Assembly: GCF_055900595.2 (NCBI RefSeq)
Contig: NZ_CM148325.1
DNA length: 64,000 nucleotides
Strand: one strand, 5' to 3'
This document shows positions 23,519-32,944 of the stretch, piece by piece. The notes under the pieces were generated by a model, which did no database searches, was not told where the DNA came from, and saw nothing but the letters and a program-made list of their open reading frames with translations. The translations under genes were made by a program, and so were the position numbers. Position 1 is the first letter of the stretch. Every line of letters begins with the position of its first letter.

Positions 23519-25945
23519 TTATATTTTGTCGATCTCGACCAGATTAGTGTGCTGCGGGTTTCCCTTCGCCAGTGGTGAAGGGCGCAGAGTGGTTAGCGTA
23601 TTCACACAGCCGCCGTGGTCGATTTTATCGCCAGACATATCGGCTTCGTGCCAGGCTCCCTGGCCCATAGCGCTAACTCCAGGGAGAATGCGTGGTGTCA
23701 CTTTGGCTGGTAGCCGAACTTCGCCACGATGGTTAAACACTCGCACCATATCGCCGTTGGCAATCCCACGTTTCTGTGCATCTATAGGGTTGATCCACAC
23801 TTCCTGACGGCAGGCTGCCTTCAGGACATCAATGTTGCCGTAGGTCGAGTGAGTACGGGATTTGTAATGGAAACCAAACAGTTGTAGCGGGAAGGTACTA
23901 CGTTCAGGGGCGTCCCAGCCTTCAAAGGTTGAGGCATAAACCGGCAGTGGGCTTATCACTTCATCTTTTTCCAGTTCCCAGGTACGGGCAATTTCCGCCA
24001 GCTTGCTGGAATAAATTTCAATCTTACCGGAAGGCGTTTTAAGTGGATTTGCCTCGGGGTCGTCACGAAATGCTTTGTAGGCGACAAAATGACCATTGGG
24101 ATCCTTACGCTTATAGATACCCATTTTTTTCAGTTCGTCGTAAGACGGTAACGCCGGATCTTTGGCAAGCATTTTGGCGTACAGATGTTGTAACCATTGT
24201 TCCTGAGTGCGGCCTTCAGTGAATTTTTGATAGACGTCAGGGCCAAGACGTTTCGCGACTTCACTTAGGATCCAGTAAATCGGTTTGCGTTCGAATTTTT
24301 CGCTGGTGACTGGCTGGAGGAAAATGAGATATCCCATGTTACCGGCGTAATCGTTAGGAATAATATCTTCCTGCTCAACGGTCATCAGGTCTGGCAGCAG
24401 AATGTCGGCATATTTCGCCGATGAGGTCATAAAGTTTTCGATGACCACAATCATTTCGCATTTCGATTCGTCCTGCAGAATTTCATGCGTTTTGTTAATG
24501 TCAGAATGCTGATTAACCAGGGTATTTCCCGCGTAGTTCCAGATGAACTTAATGGGCACATCCAGTTTATCTTTGCCGCGGACGCCGTCGCGGATTGCCG
24601 TCATTTGCGGGCCATGATCGATAGCATCCGTCCAGCTGAAGCAGGAGATTGATGTTTTGACCGGATTATCCAGCACCGGCAGGCGTTCTATGGTAATGGT
24701 ATAGGTGGATTCACGCGCGCCACTATTTCCGCCGCTGATGCCGACATTGCCCGTCAGAATAGGCAACATCGCAATAGCGCGTGCAGTCAGCTCGCCGTTT
24801 GCCTGGCGTTGCGGTCCCCAGCCCTGGCAGATATAAGCGGGTTTTGCTGTGCCAATTTCACGCGCCAGTTTGATGATACGGTCCACCGGGATACCGGTAA
24901 TTTGCGAAGCCCACTGCGGCGTTTTCGCTGTTTTGTCGTCTCCTTCACCAAGAATATAGGCTTTATAGTGACCATTTTTTGGTGCATCTGCGGGTAAGGT
25001 TTTTTCGTCATAGCCGACGCAGTATTTATCGAGAAAAGGTTGATCAACGAGATTTTCGTTAATCAATACCCAGGCAATGCCCGCTACCAGCGCGGCATCA
25101 GTGCCCGGGCGAATAGGAATCCACTCGTCTTCACGACCGGCAGCCGTATCGGTATATCGCGGATCGATAACAATCATTTTTGCGTTCGATTTCTCGCGCG
25201 CTTTTTCAAGAAGATAAGTGATGCCACCACCGCTCATGCGGGTTTCTGCCGGGTTGTTACCAAACATCACGACCAGCTTGCTGTTTTCAATATCCGTGGT
25301 GCTGTTGCCATCATTACTGCCGTAGGTGTAGGGCATGGCACAGGAAATTTGCGCAGTGCTGTAGGAGCCATACTGGTTGAGTGAACCGCCGTAGCAGTTC
25401 ATCAGGCGTTTGACCGCCGAGGCCGATGGCGAAGAGCGGGTCATATTGCCGCCAACGATCCCCGAAGAGTACTGAATATATACAGCCTCATTGCCATATT
25501 GTTCGACGGTTTTCTTCAGGCTACTGGCGATAGTATCCAGGGCTTCATCCCAGCTAATCCGTTCGAATTTGCCTTCGCCACGTTTGCCCACGCGTTTCAT
25601 TGGGTAATTCAAGCGATCGGGATGATTAATACGTCGACGAATGGACCGACCGCGCAAACAGGCGCGTACTTGATGATTGCCATACTCGTCGTTGCCGGTG
25701 TTGTCAGTTTCCACCCAGGTGACTTCATTATCTTTAACATGTAGACGAAGTGCACAGCGGCTACCACAGTTGACGGAACAGGCACCCCAGACCACTTTTT
25801 CGCTGGCCTGTTGTACCGCTGCCGCTGCACTGCGCAGGGTGAACGGTAAAGAAAAACCGCCTGCAGCCAGCGCCAGAGAACCTATCGCGGTAGATTTAAC
25901 GAGTGTTCTGCGGCTGATGCCCACCATTTGTTCATTTTTGGACAT
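23519..25945 (-). CDS. ynfE: Molybdopterin oxidoreductase catalytic subunit YnfE (DmsA paralog)
   Basis: 808-aa ORF MSKNEQMVGISRRTLVKSTAIGSLALAAGG... Tat signal; tandem paralog of ynfF. Confidence 0.9.
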   Translation of the reverse strand: MSKNEQMVGISRRTLVKSTAIGSLALAAGGFSLPFTLRSAAAAVQQASEKVVWGACSVNCGSRCALRLHVKDNEVTWVETDNTGNDEYGNHQVRACLRGRSIRRRINHPDRLNYPMKRVGKRGEGKFERISWDEALDTIASSLKKTVEQYGNEAVYIQYSSGIVGGNMTRSSPSASAVKRLMNCYGGSLNQYGSYSTAQISCAMPYTYGSNDGNSTTDIENSKLVVMFGNNPAETRMSGGGITYLLEKAREKSNAKMIVIDPRYTDTAAGREDEWIPIRPGTDAALVAGIAWVLINENLVDQPFLDKYCVGYDEKTLPADAPKNGHYKAYILGEGDDKTAKTPQWASQITGIPVDRIIKLAREIGTAKPAYICQGWGPQRQANGELTARAIAMLPILTGNVGISGGNSGARESTYTITIERLPVLDNPVKTSISCFSWTDAIDHGPQMTAIRDGVRGKDKLDVPIKFIWNYAGNTLVNQHSDINKTHEILQDESKCEMIVVIENFMTSSAKYADILLPDLMTVEQEDIIPNDYAGNMGYLIFLQPVTSEKFERKPIYWILSEVAKRLGPDVYQKFTEGRTQEQWLQHLYAKMLAKDPALPSYDELKKMGIYKRKDPNGHFVAYKAFRDDPEANPLKTPSGKIEIYSSKLAEIARTWELEKDEVISPLPVYASTFEGWDAPERSTFPLQLFGFHYKSRTHSTYGNIDVLKAACRQEVWINPIDAQKRGIANGDMVRVFNHRGEVRLPAKVTPRILPGVSAMGQGAWHEADMSGDKIDHGGCVNTLTTLRPSPLAKGNPQHTNLVEIDKI

Positions 25946-26143
25946 AACTCACTCCCTGTTCTTTATCGTTATATAAAAGTTTATATATTGAATATTTAGC
26001 GCGCTAACAATAGAGGGAGTCTACCCATTTTGGGTTAAGAATTATTAATCCATATCAATAGAACGGTATGAGTAATAAGGCGGGATTATGTTGTATGTTC
26101 ATATCGCCGGACCTGTTGAATCCGGCGTTTAGTCAATAATGTG

Positions 26144-26449
26144 TTACTGCGGTTCGGCAGGCGCGCCATCCTGAGTAGACTGCGCGGGGGCAGAGACGTT
26201 ACCGCTGGTGGTGCGGGTGTAAAGAATTTTATGCGTATCATTGGCGCAATGCCCGACGACCTGGGAATCAGGCTGATCAACCTGGTCATTGGGTACAATA
26301 CTTAACGTGAAGCTGCTTTCAGGTACGCCATTATTGATAATACGCTGTAATATATCGCTCTGTATGCGCTCACAGGAAACCGGGACGGCGAGTACCGCGG
26401 GTGAGGTGAGTGCGAGCAGAAGCGCGGCACAGCAGGTTGAGAGTTTCAT
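26144..26449 (-). CDS. ynfD: DUF1161 periplasmic protein YnfD
   Basis: ORF MKLSTCCAALLLALTSPAVLAVPVSCERIQSDILQRIINNG... with signal peptide; start at the internal ATG. Confidence 0.8.
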   Translation of the reverse strand: MKLSTCCAALLLALTSPAVLAVPVSCERIQSDILQRIINNGVPESSFTLSIVPNDQVDQPDSQVVGHCANDTHKILYTRTTSGNVSAPAQSTQDGAPAEPQ

Positions 26450-26556
26450 CATAAGCTCCTTACGCGAAGATAACTTCTTTAAGCATAGCATTTAACGTGT
26501 AAAGTACTGTATTTGCTATTATGATTGAGAATCATCTCTACTGTCTGGTGACTGTT

Positions 26557-27267
26557 GTGAAATACAAATTACTACCATGCTTACTCGCGATATTACTCAC
26601 AGGATGTGACCGCACAGAGGTAACACTTTCATTTACCCCTGAGATGGCCAGTTTCTCTAATGAATTCGATTTTGATCCGCTGCGTGGTCCGGTAAAAGAT
26701 TTCACTCAGACATTAATGGATGAGCAAGGGGAAGTAACGAAGCGTGTTTCGGGGACTTTGTCGGAAGAAGGCTGTTTTGATTCACTCGAATTACTGGATC
26801 TGGAAAATAATACCGTGGTTGCCCTGGTACTGGACGCCAATTATTACCGTGATGCCCAGACACTGGAGAAAAGAGTTCGTTTGCAGGGAAAATGCCAGCT
26901 AGCAGAATTACCTTCTGCCGGGGTGAGTTGGGAAACCGATGATAATGGCTTCGTGATTAAAGCCAGCAGCCAACAAATGCAGATGGAATATCGCTATGAT
27001 GAGCAGGGGTATCCGCTGGGTAAAACCACGAAAAGTAACGACAAAACATTATCTGTCAGCGCCACGCCATCAACGGATCCGATCAAAAAATTAGATTACA
27101 CCGCGGTTACTTTACTGAATAATCAACGGGTAGGTAATGTAAAACAGAGCTGTGAATATGACAGTCACGCCAATCCGGTGGACTGTCAGCTAATCATTGT
27201 TGATGAAGGAGTAAAACCCGCCGTCGAACGGGTTTATACCATCAAAAATACAATAGATTATTATTAA
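26557..27267 (+). CDS. ynfC: UPF0257 lipoprotein YnfC
   Basis: ORF (GTG start) VKYKLLPCLLAILLTGCDRTEVTLSF... with lipobox LTGC. Confidence 0.8.
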   Translation: MKYKLLPCLLAILLTGCDRTEVTLSFTPEMASFSNEFDFDPLRGPVKDFTQTLMDEQGEVTKRVSGTLSEEGCFDSLELLDLENNTVVALVLDANYYRDAQTLEKRVRLQGKCQLAELPSAGVSWETDDNGFVIKASSQQMQMEYRYDEQGYPLGKTTKSNDKTLSVSATPSTDPIKKLDYTAVTLLNNQRVGNVKQSCEYDSHANPVDCQLIIVDEGVKPAVERVYTIKNTIDYY

Positions 27268-27269
27268 TG

Positions 27270-27830
27270 CTATTGTGCGGTCGGCTTCAGGAGAGTCTGC
27301 CCCGGTGTTTTGTGCTCTGCCAGATACTGATGCTGGAATATGCACATACGAATGGCATTACGATATTGACCATTAATAAAGAACTCATGCATCAATTCAC
27401 CTTCAACCGTAAAGCCAAGCTTACGGTAAATGTGAATTGCTTTTTCGTTCTCTTTATCGACGATCAGATACAGCTTATAAAGATTGAGAACGGTGAAGCC
27501 ATAGTCCATTGCTAATTTTGCGGCGCGGGTAGCCAGACCTTTCCCCTGATACTCCGGGGAGATAATTATCTGAAATTCTGCGCGGCGATGGACATGGTTA
27601 ATTTCCACCAGCTCCACCAGACCGGCTTTTTCGCCGTCACATTCCACCACGAAGCGCCGCTCGCTCTGATCGTGAATATGCTTATCATACAGATCAGAGA
27701 GTTCAACGAAGGCTTCGTAGGGTTCCTCAAACCAGTAACGCATCACACTGGCGTTATTGTCGAGTTGATGTACATAGCGTAAATCTTCACGCTCCAGCGG
27801 ACGTAGCTTAACACTGTGGGCGCTTGGCAT
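27270..27830 (-). CDS. speG: Spermidine N1-acetyltransferase SpeG (GNAT)
   Basis: 186-aa [47 protein letters not shown]... Confidence 0.9.
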   Translation of the reverse strand: MPSAHSVKLRPLEREDLRYVHQLDNNASVMRYWFEEPYEAFVELSDLYDKHIHDQSERRFVVECDGEKAGLVELVEINHVHRRAEFQIIISPEYQGKGLATRAAKLAMDYGFTVLNLYKLYLIVDKENEKAIHIYRKLGFTVEGELMHEFFINGQYRNAIRMCIFQHQYLAEHKTPGQTLLKPTAQ

Positions 27831-27864
27831 AACGTGTCCTTACATTCCTTAAATCAATAACAGG

Positions 27865-28206
27865 TTAGGGGGTAATAACGCGGCCAGTTCGACGGTCCAG
27901 GCAGCGCAATGTATTTGGCTCCCAGTAGGCATTGATGTTGGCACTTTGCTCGCATTTATCGCGGTTATCAAAAGCGGCGTCGGCTTTATCCCACTCTTTT
28001 TCAGTGCGTTTATTCACTTTCTGTCGCAGATTGCGCGTGTCATTCCATTGTTCTTTTTCCATTGCAGCGTGCTGGCGGCTTTGTGCACTGTCTCCAGACT
28101 CAATCACCAGTTTGTTAGTTTCGGCATGGGCCGTTGTGCTCAATGCCAGTGCGCAAGGCAGCAGAAAAGCGAGCAGGCCGATTCGTTTGCTGAGAGTGAC
28201 TTTCAT
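27865..28206 (-). CDS. ynfB: UPF0482 secreted protein YnfB
   Basis: 113-aa [36 protein letters not shown]... with signal peptide. Confidence 0.85.
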   Translation of the reverse strand: MKVTLSKRIGLLAFLLPCALALSTTAHAETNKLVIESGDSAQSRQHAAMEKEQWNDTRNLRQKVNKRTEKEWDKADAAFDNRDKCEQSANINAYWEPNTLRCLDRRTGRVITP

Positions 28207-28340
28207 AATTCATTCCTTGTGTGAATGATTAAAGGCGATTCTACACCATCCACTGTGAACGCAAAACGCACCGGGAGGATGTTTATATTGATGATATTAT
28301 GTCGCCCTATAACTATACATGATGTCAATAAGTGACAAAG

Positions 28341-28667
28341 ATGATTAAAACAACGTTACTGTTTTTTGCTACTGCGCTGTGTGAAATTATTGGATGCTTT
28401 CTGCCTTGGTTGTGGTTAAAACGAAACGCCAGTATCTGGCTGTTGCTTCCGGCGGGGATTTCACTGGCGCTATTTGTCTGGTTGTTAACGTTGCATCCTG
28501 CGGCGAGTGGGCGTGTTTACGCGGCTTATGGTGGCGTTTATGTCTGCACGGCGTTGATTTGGCTGCGCGTTGTGGATGGCGTGAAACTGAGTCTTTATGA
28601 CTGGACGGGGGCGTTGATTGCGCTTTGCGGCATGTTGATCATTGTTGCGGGCTGGGGGCGCGCGTAA
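28341..28667 (+). CDS. ynfA: UPF0060 small membrane protein YnfA
   Basis: [36 protein letters not shown]... Confidence 0.85.
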
Positions 28668-28872
28668 GGACATAAATCCATTTTATCAATAAGATACAAG
28701 GAAGTGTCAGCTGACAAAAGGTATTCTATTTCATCTTTTGTCAACCATTCACGGCGCAAATATACGCCTTTTTTTGTGATCACTCCGGCTTTTTTCGATC
28801 TTCATACTTGTATGGTAGTAGCTCAGTTGCGTAGATTTCATGCATCACGACAAGCGATGCAAGGAATCGAAC

Positions 28873-30087
28873 ATGAAGATCGTAAAGGCTGAAGTTTTTG
28901 TTACCTGTCCGGGGCGTAATTTCGTCACATTAAAAATCACCACTGAGGACGGTATTACGGGCCTTGGGGATGCCACCCTCAATGGACGTGAGCTTTCCGT
29001 GGCCTCTTATTTGCAGGATCACCTTTGTCCGCAGCTTATTGGTCGCGATGCACAGCGTATCGAAGATATCTGGCAGTTTTTCTATAAAGGTGCGTACTGG
29101 CGTCGCGGTCCGGTGACGATGTCGGCCATTTCAGCGGTTGATATGGCGCTGTGGGATATTAAAGCCAAAGCTGCCAACATGCCGCTTTACCAGTTACTCG
29201 GCGGCGCGTCTCGTGAAGGGGTGATGGTTTATTGCCATACCACCGGTCACAGTATTGATGAAGCTCTGGATGATTATGCCCGTCATCAGGAGCTGGGATT
29301 CAAAGCCATCCGCGTGCAGTGCGGAATCCCTGGTATGAAAACCACCTACGGCATGTCGAAAGGCAAAGGTCTGGCTTATGAACCCGCAACCAAAGGACAG
29401 TGGCCGGAAGAGCAGCTGTGGTCGACGGAGAAATACCTCGATTTCATGCCGAAATTGTTTGACGCGGTACGTAACAAGTTTGGTTTTAATGAACATTTGC
29501 TGCATGACATGCACCATCGCTTAACGCCTATTGAAGCGGCGCGCTTTGGTAAAAGCATTGAAGATTATCGCATGTTCTGGATGGAAGACCCGACGCCTGC
29601 GGAAAACCAGGAATGCTTCCGCCTGATTCGCCAACACACCGTCACGCCAATTGCAGTGGGTGAAGTCTTCAACAGCATCTGGGACTGCAAACAGCTGATT
29701 GAAGAGCAACTTATCGACTATATCCGCACCACGCTGACTCACGCGGGGGGGATTACCGGTATGCGCCGGATTGCCGATTTTGCTTCGTTGTATCAGGTAC
29801 GTACTGGCTCACACGGTCCTTCCGATTTGTCACCAGTCTGCATGGCTGCGGCGCTGCACTTTGATCTGTGGGTCCCCAATTTCGGTGTCCAGGAATACAT
29901 GGGCTATTCCGAACAAATGCTTGAAGTCTTCCCGCACAACTGGACTTTCGATAACGGCTATATGCATCCGGGAGACAAACCGGGTCTTGGCATCGAATTC
30001 GATGAAAAGCTGGCGGCGAAATATCCCTATGAACCTGCTTATCTGCCAGTCGCACGTCTGGAAGATGGCACGCTGTGGAACTGGTAA
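28873..30087 (+). CDS. rspA: Starvation-sensing protein RspA (enolase superfamily, mannonate dehydratase-like)
   Basis: [43 protein letters not shown]... Confidence 0.9.
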   Translation: MKIVKAEVFVTCPGRNFVTLKITTEDGITGLGDATLNGRELSVASYLQDHLCPQLIGRDAQRIEDIWQFFYKGAYWRRGPVTMSAISAVDMALWDIKAKAANMPLYQLLGGASREGVMVYCHTTGHSIDEALDDYARHQELGFKAIRVQCGIPGMKTTYGMSKGKGLAYEPATKGQWPEEQLWSTEKYLDFMPKLFDAVRNKFGFNEHLLHDMHHRLTPIEAARFGKSIEDYRMFWMEDPTPAENQECFRLIRQHTVTPIAVGEVFNSIWDCKQLIEEQLIDYIRTTLTHAGGITGMRRIADFASLYQVRTGSHGPSDLSPVCMAAALHFDLWVPNFGVQEYMGYSEQMLEVFPHNWTFDNGYMHPGDKPGLGIEFDEKLAAKYPYEPAYLPVARLEDGTLWNW

Positions 30088-30098
30088 GGAGTAAGATA

Positions 30099-31118
30099 AT
30101 GAAAAGCATTTTAATTGAAAAACCGAATCAACTGGCAATTATCGAACGCGAAATACCCACCCCGTCAGCGGGTGAAGTACGAGTAAAAGTGAAACTTGCC
30201 GGAATTTGTGGTTCAGATAGCCATATTTATCGTGGGCATAATCCTTTTGCGAAATATCCGCGCGTCATTGGACATGAATTCTTTGGCGTCATTGATGCAG
30301 TGGGTGAAGGCGTGGAAAGCGACAGAGTCGGTGAACGCGTTGCTGTCGATCCGGTGGTCAGCTGTGGGCATTGCTATCCGTGCTCTATAGGTAAGCCGAA
30401 CGTTTGTACGACACTGGCTGTATTAGGTGTGCACGCTGACGGTGGTTTCAGTGAATATGCCGTGGTGCCGGCAAAAAATGCGTGGAAAATTCCTGAAGCA
30501 GTGGCCGATCAATATGCGGTGATGATCGAACCTTTTACCATTGCGGCTAACGTTACCGGTCATGGTCAACCGACTGAAAATGATACCGTTCTGGTTTACG
30601 GTGCAGGTCCAATCGGCCTGACAATCGTTCAGGTATTAAAAGGCGTCTATAACGTTAAGAATGTGATTGTTGCCGATCGCATTGATGAACGACTGGAAAA
30701 AGCGAAAGAGAGCGGGGCAGACTGGGCGATTAATAACAGCCAGACACCGCTTGGCGAGATTTTCGCTGAAAAAGGCATAAAGCCGACATTAATTATCGAT
30801 GCGGCTTGTCATCCTTCAATCCTGAAAGAAGCCGTAATGCTGGCTTCTCCAGCGGCACGTATTGTATTGATGGGCTTCTCCAGTGAACCGTCTGAGGTGA
30901 TTCAGCAAGGAATTACCGGAAAAGAACTCTCTATTTTCTCTTCACGCTTAAATGAAAATAAATTCCCGGTCGTTATCGACTGGTTAAGTAAAGGGTTAAT
31001 TAAACCAGAAAAACTAATTACCCATACGTTTGATTTCCAGCATGTTGCTGATGCCATTAGTTTATTTGAACAGGATCAAAAGCATTGCTGCAAAGTCTTA
31101 CTCACTTTTTCTGAATAA
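30099..31118 (+). CDS. rspB: Zn-dependent alcohol dehydrogenase-family protein RspB
   Basis: ORF MKSILIEKPNQLAIIEREIPTPSAGEVRVKVKLAGICGSDSHIYRGHN... with zinc-ADH GHE signature and GAGPIG NAD motif. Confidence 0.9.
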   Translation: MKSILIEKPNQLAIIEREIPTPSAGEVRVKVKLAGICGSDSHIYRGHNPFAKYPRVIGHEFFGVIDAVGEGVESDRVGERVAVDPVVSCGHCYPCSIGKPNVCTTLAVLGVHADGGFSEYAVVPAKNAWKIPEAVADQYAVMIEPFTIAANVTGHGQPTENDTVLVYGAGPIGLTIVQVLKGVYNVKNVIVADRIDERLEKAKESGADWAINNSQTPLGEIFAEKGIKPTLIIDAACHPSILKEAVMLASPAARIVLMGFSSEPSEVIQQGITGKELSIFSSRLNENKFPVVIDWLSKGLIKPEKLITHTFDFQHVADAISLFEQDQKHCCKVLLTFSE

Positions 31119-31175
31119 TACCAATAACGGCGAGTAAGTAGTACGCATCTTACCTCTTTTTTAGAGATAACCATT

Positions 31176-31268
31176 ATGACAATAGAAAAACACGAAAGAA
31201 GCACTAAGGATTTGGTGAAAGCAGCAGTATCGGGATGGCTGGGCACTGCGCTTGAATTTATGGATTTC
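31176..31268 (+). pseudogene. ydfJ: 5' fragment of MFS transporter gene ydfJ, interrupted by prophage integration
   Basis: ORF MTIEKHERSTKDLVKAAVSGWLGTALEFMDF matches the YdfJ N-terminus then diverges into 12 unrelated codons and a stop; integrase gene ends 38 bp further on. Confidence 0.65.
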
Positions 31269-31305
31269 AAGAGTCATACGTGTCAACTATTTGATAAATA
31301 TTAAA

Positions 31306-32586
31306 TTAATTTTTCATTGCTTCGTTATGGGGCATGGTTGGGGCAAACTCGCTTAACTGTGTATTTAACAAAGCTACCTGTGCATTATTGTTTTCAGACA
31401 TCCATTTTCCGTATACCTGAAATACCATTTGCGCATCTGCATGGCCCATCTGGTTTGCTATAAATGCCGGATTAGCACCAGCTGTCAGCGACCAGCAGGC
31501 ATAAGTATGTCTCGACTGATATGATTTTCGATGGCGGAGTCCGGCACGTTTTATCGCTGCGTCCCACATCTGCCTTATTGAGTCAACGGTAAAATGGTCA
31601 CCATAATTTTTTACTCTCGCTGACACTTCAGGTTGAAAAACAAAGGTGCATTTTTGTTTTTCTGTTCTGCCATACTCTCTGAGGTGAACATCAATGATAT
31701 GCTCTTTGCTCAGTCTCGTTAATGTCATCTGACTCCGGAGAGCGTCGATTGCTGGCTTAATAAGATGAATGACCCGATTGGTTCCCGCCTGTGTTTTTGG
31801 TACCGTGAAACGGTCTTTTGCTAAATTTCTCCTGATCATCATTGTTCCATTTTTCAGATCTATGTCCTCCCATCCAAGTGCACACAGCTCACCAGGGCGA
31901 ACGCCAGTATAAACAGAAACACACCATAAATTTTTTGCTTGCTGATTTCTGCACGCATCGATAAGACGGATAAATTCCTCCCGCGAAAGAGGATCCGGAA
32001 TGGTTCTTGATTCCTTTAATGGCGAGATCCCCTTAAACGGATTATCTGGCAGGTAACCGTTATCAACACCAAACTGGAACACGGCGTTAAGATTTGTCAT
32101 GTAATTATTTACAGTTACAGCCGATCTCCCTGGTTGTGTAACAATATAGTTACTTTTGGGGATCTGGTATCCAGTCAGTAGCTCTTTACGAACCTCCAGT
32201 AATTTTTCTTTATTAATCGATGAGGCAAGATTTTTTTCACCGATTATGCTCAGGATATTTTTGATGACGGCACGGTATGTGTTGAGTGATGTTTTGGCGA
32301 CTTCAGTTTCTTTCAGTGCCAGAAATTTTTCAGCCAGTTCTTTTATGGTTAAATCTTGTCGGGCCTCACCAAATTTTTCCAGATTGCGTGAGGAGGGAAA
32401 CTGTTTTGCATAGTCGAAAACACCAGTTTTTATTGCGTAACAAACAGAGGCGCGTAGTTCACCTGCAACGCGCCTGTTTTTTGCTGTGTCAGGAACCCCC
32501 AGATTTTCCCTGACTCTTACGCCTTTATAAACAAACCAGATACGTAATTTCCCTCCATGGTTTTCCACGCCTGTCGGATATTTCAT
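31306..32586 (-). CDS. Prophage tyrosine integrase (IntQ/IntR-like)
   Basis: ORF MKYPTGVENHGGKLRIWFVYKGVRVRE... with C-terminal catalytic region ...RHTYACWSLTAGANPAFIANQMGHADAQMVFQVYGKW; start at ATG 32584-32586 with RBS GAGAGAGG. Confidence 0.9.
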   Translation of the reverse strand: MKYPTGVENHGGKLRIWFVYKGVRVRENLGVPDTAKNRRVAGELRASVCYAIKTGVFDYAKQFPSSRNLEKFGEARQDLTIKELAEKFLALKETEVAKTSLNTYRAVIKNILSIIGEKNLASSINKEKLLEVRKELLTGYQIPKSNYIVTQPGRSAVTVNNYMTNLNAVFQFGVDNGYLPDNPFKGISPLKESRTIPDPLSREEFIRLIDACRNQQAKNLWCVSVYTGVRPGELCALGWEDIDLKNGTMMIRRNLAKDRFTVPKTQAGTNRVIHLIKPAIDALRSQMTLTRLSKEHIIDVHLREYGRTEKQKCTFVFQPEVSARVKNYGDHFTVDSIRQMWDAAIKRAGLRHRKSYQSRHTYACWSLTAGANPAFIANQMGHADAQMVFQVYGKWMSENNNAQVALLNTQLSEFAPTMPHNEAMKN

Positions 32587-32620
32587 TTCAACCTCTCTCA
32601 TTAGTTAGTGTGGCTTTTAG

Positions 32621-32872
32621 TCAAGTAAGATGACGTCTTGGTCTCGCTGATGCCTGGCGCTCAATCCAGCGATCAATTTCTTCCAGGTTGTAAAAGCATG
32701 GACTGTTATCCCATGGCATACCGTCATGAGCGACATGCTTATATTCCCTTCCTTCCATAAACGATTTTTCCCGGGCCTTTTTTAACGTACCTTTTTTTAT
32801 TCCTTTCAGCGCAATTAACTGCTCTTCGGATACCCATTTGCCGGGAGAGACAATCATGATTACTTCGCTCAT
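32621..32872 (-). CDS. Putative excisionase / small DNA-binding protein
   Basis: 83-aa basic ORF immediately upstream of int, same strand. Confidence 0.55.
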   Translation of the reverse strand: MSEVIMIVSPGKWVSEEQLIALKGIKKGTLKKAREKSFMEGREYKHVAHDGMPWDNSPCFYNLEEIDRWIERQASARPRRHLT

Positions 32873-32944
32873 CGATTTCTTTATCTCTTACATCAGACGA
32901 GCGCCGGTTGCAGAATACCAGTCACAACCGGCGACAGTTGAACA

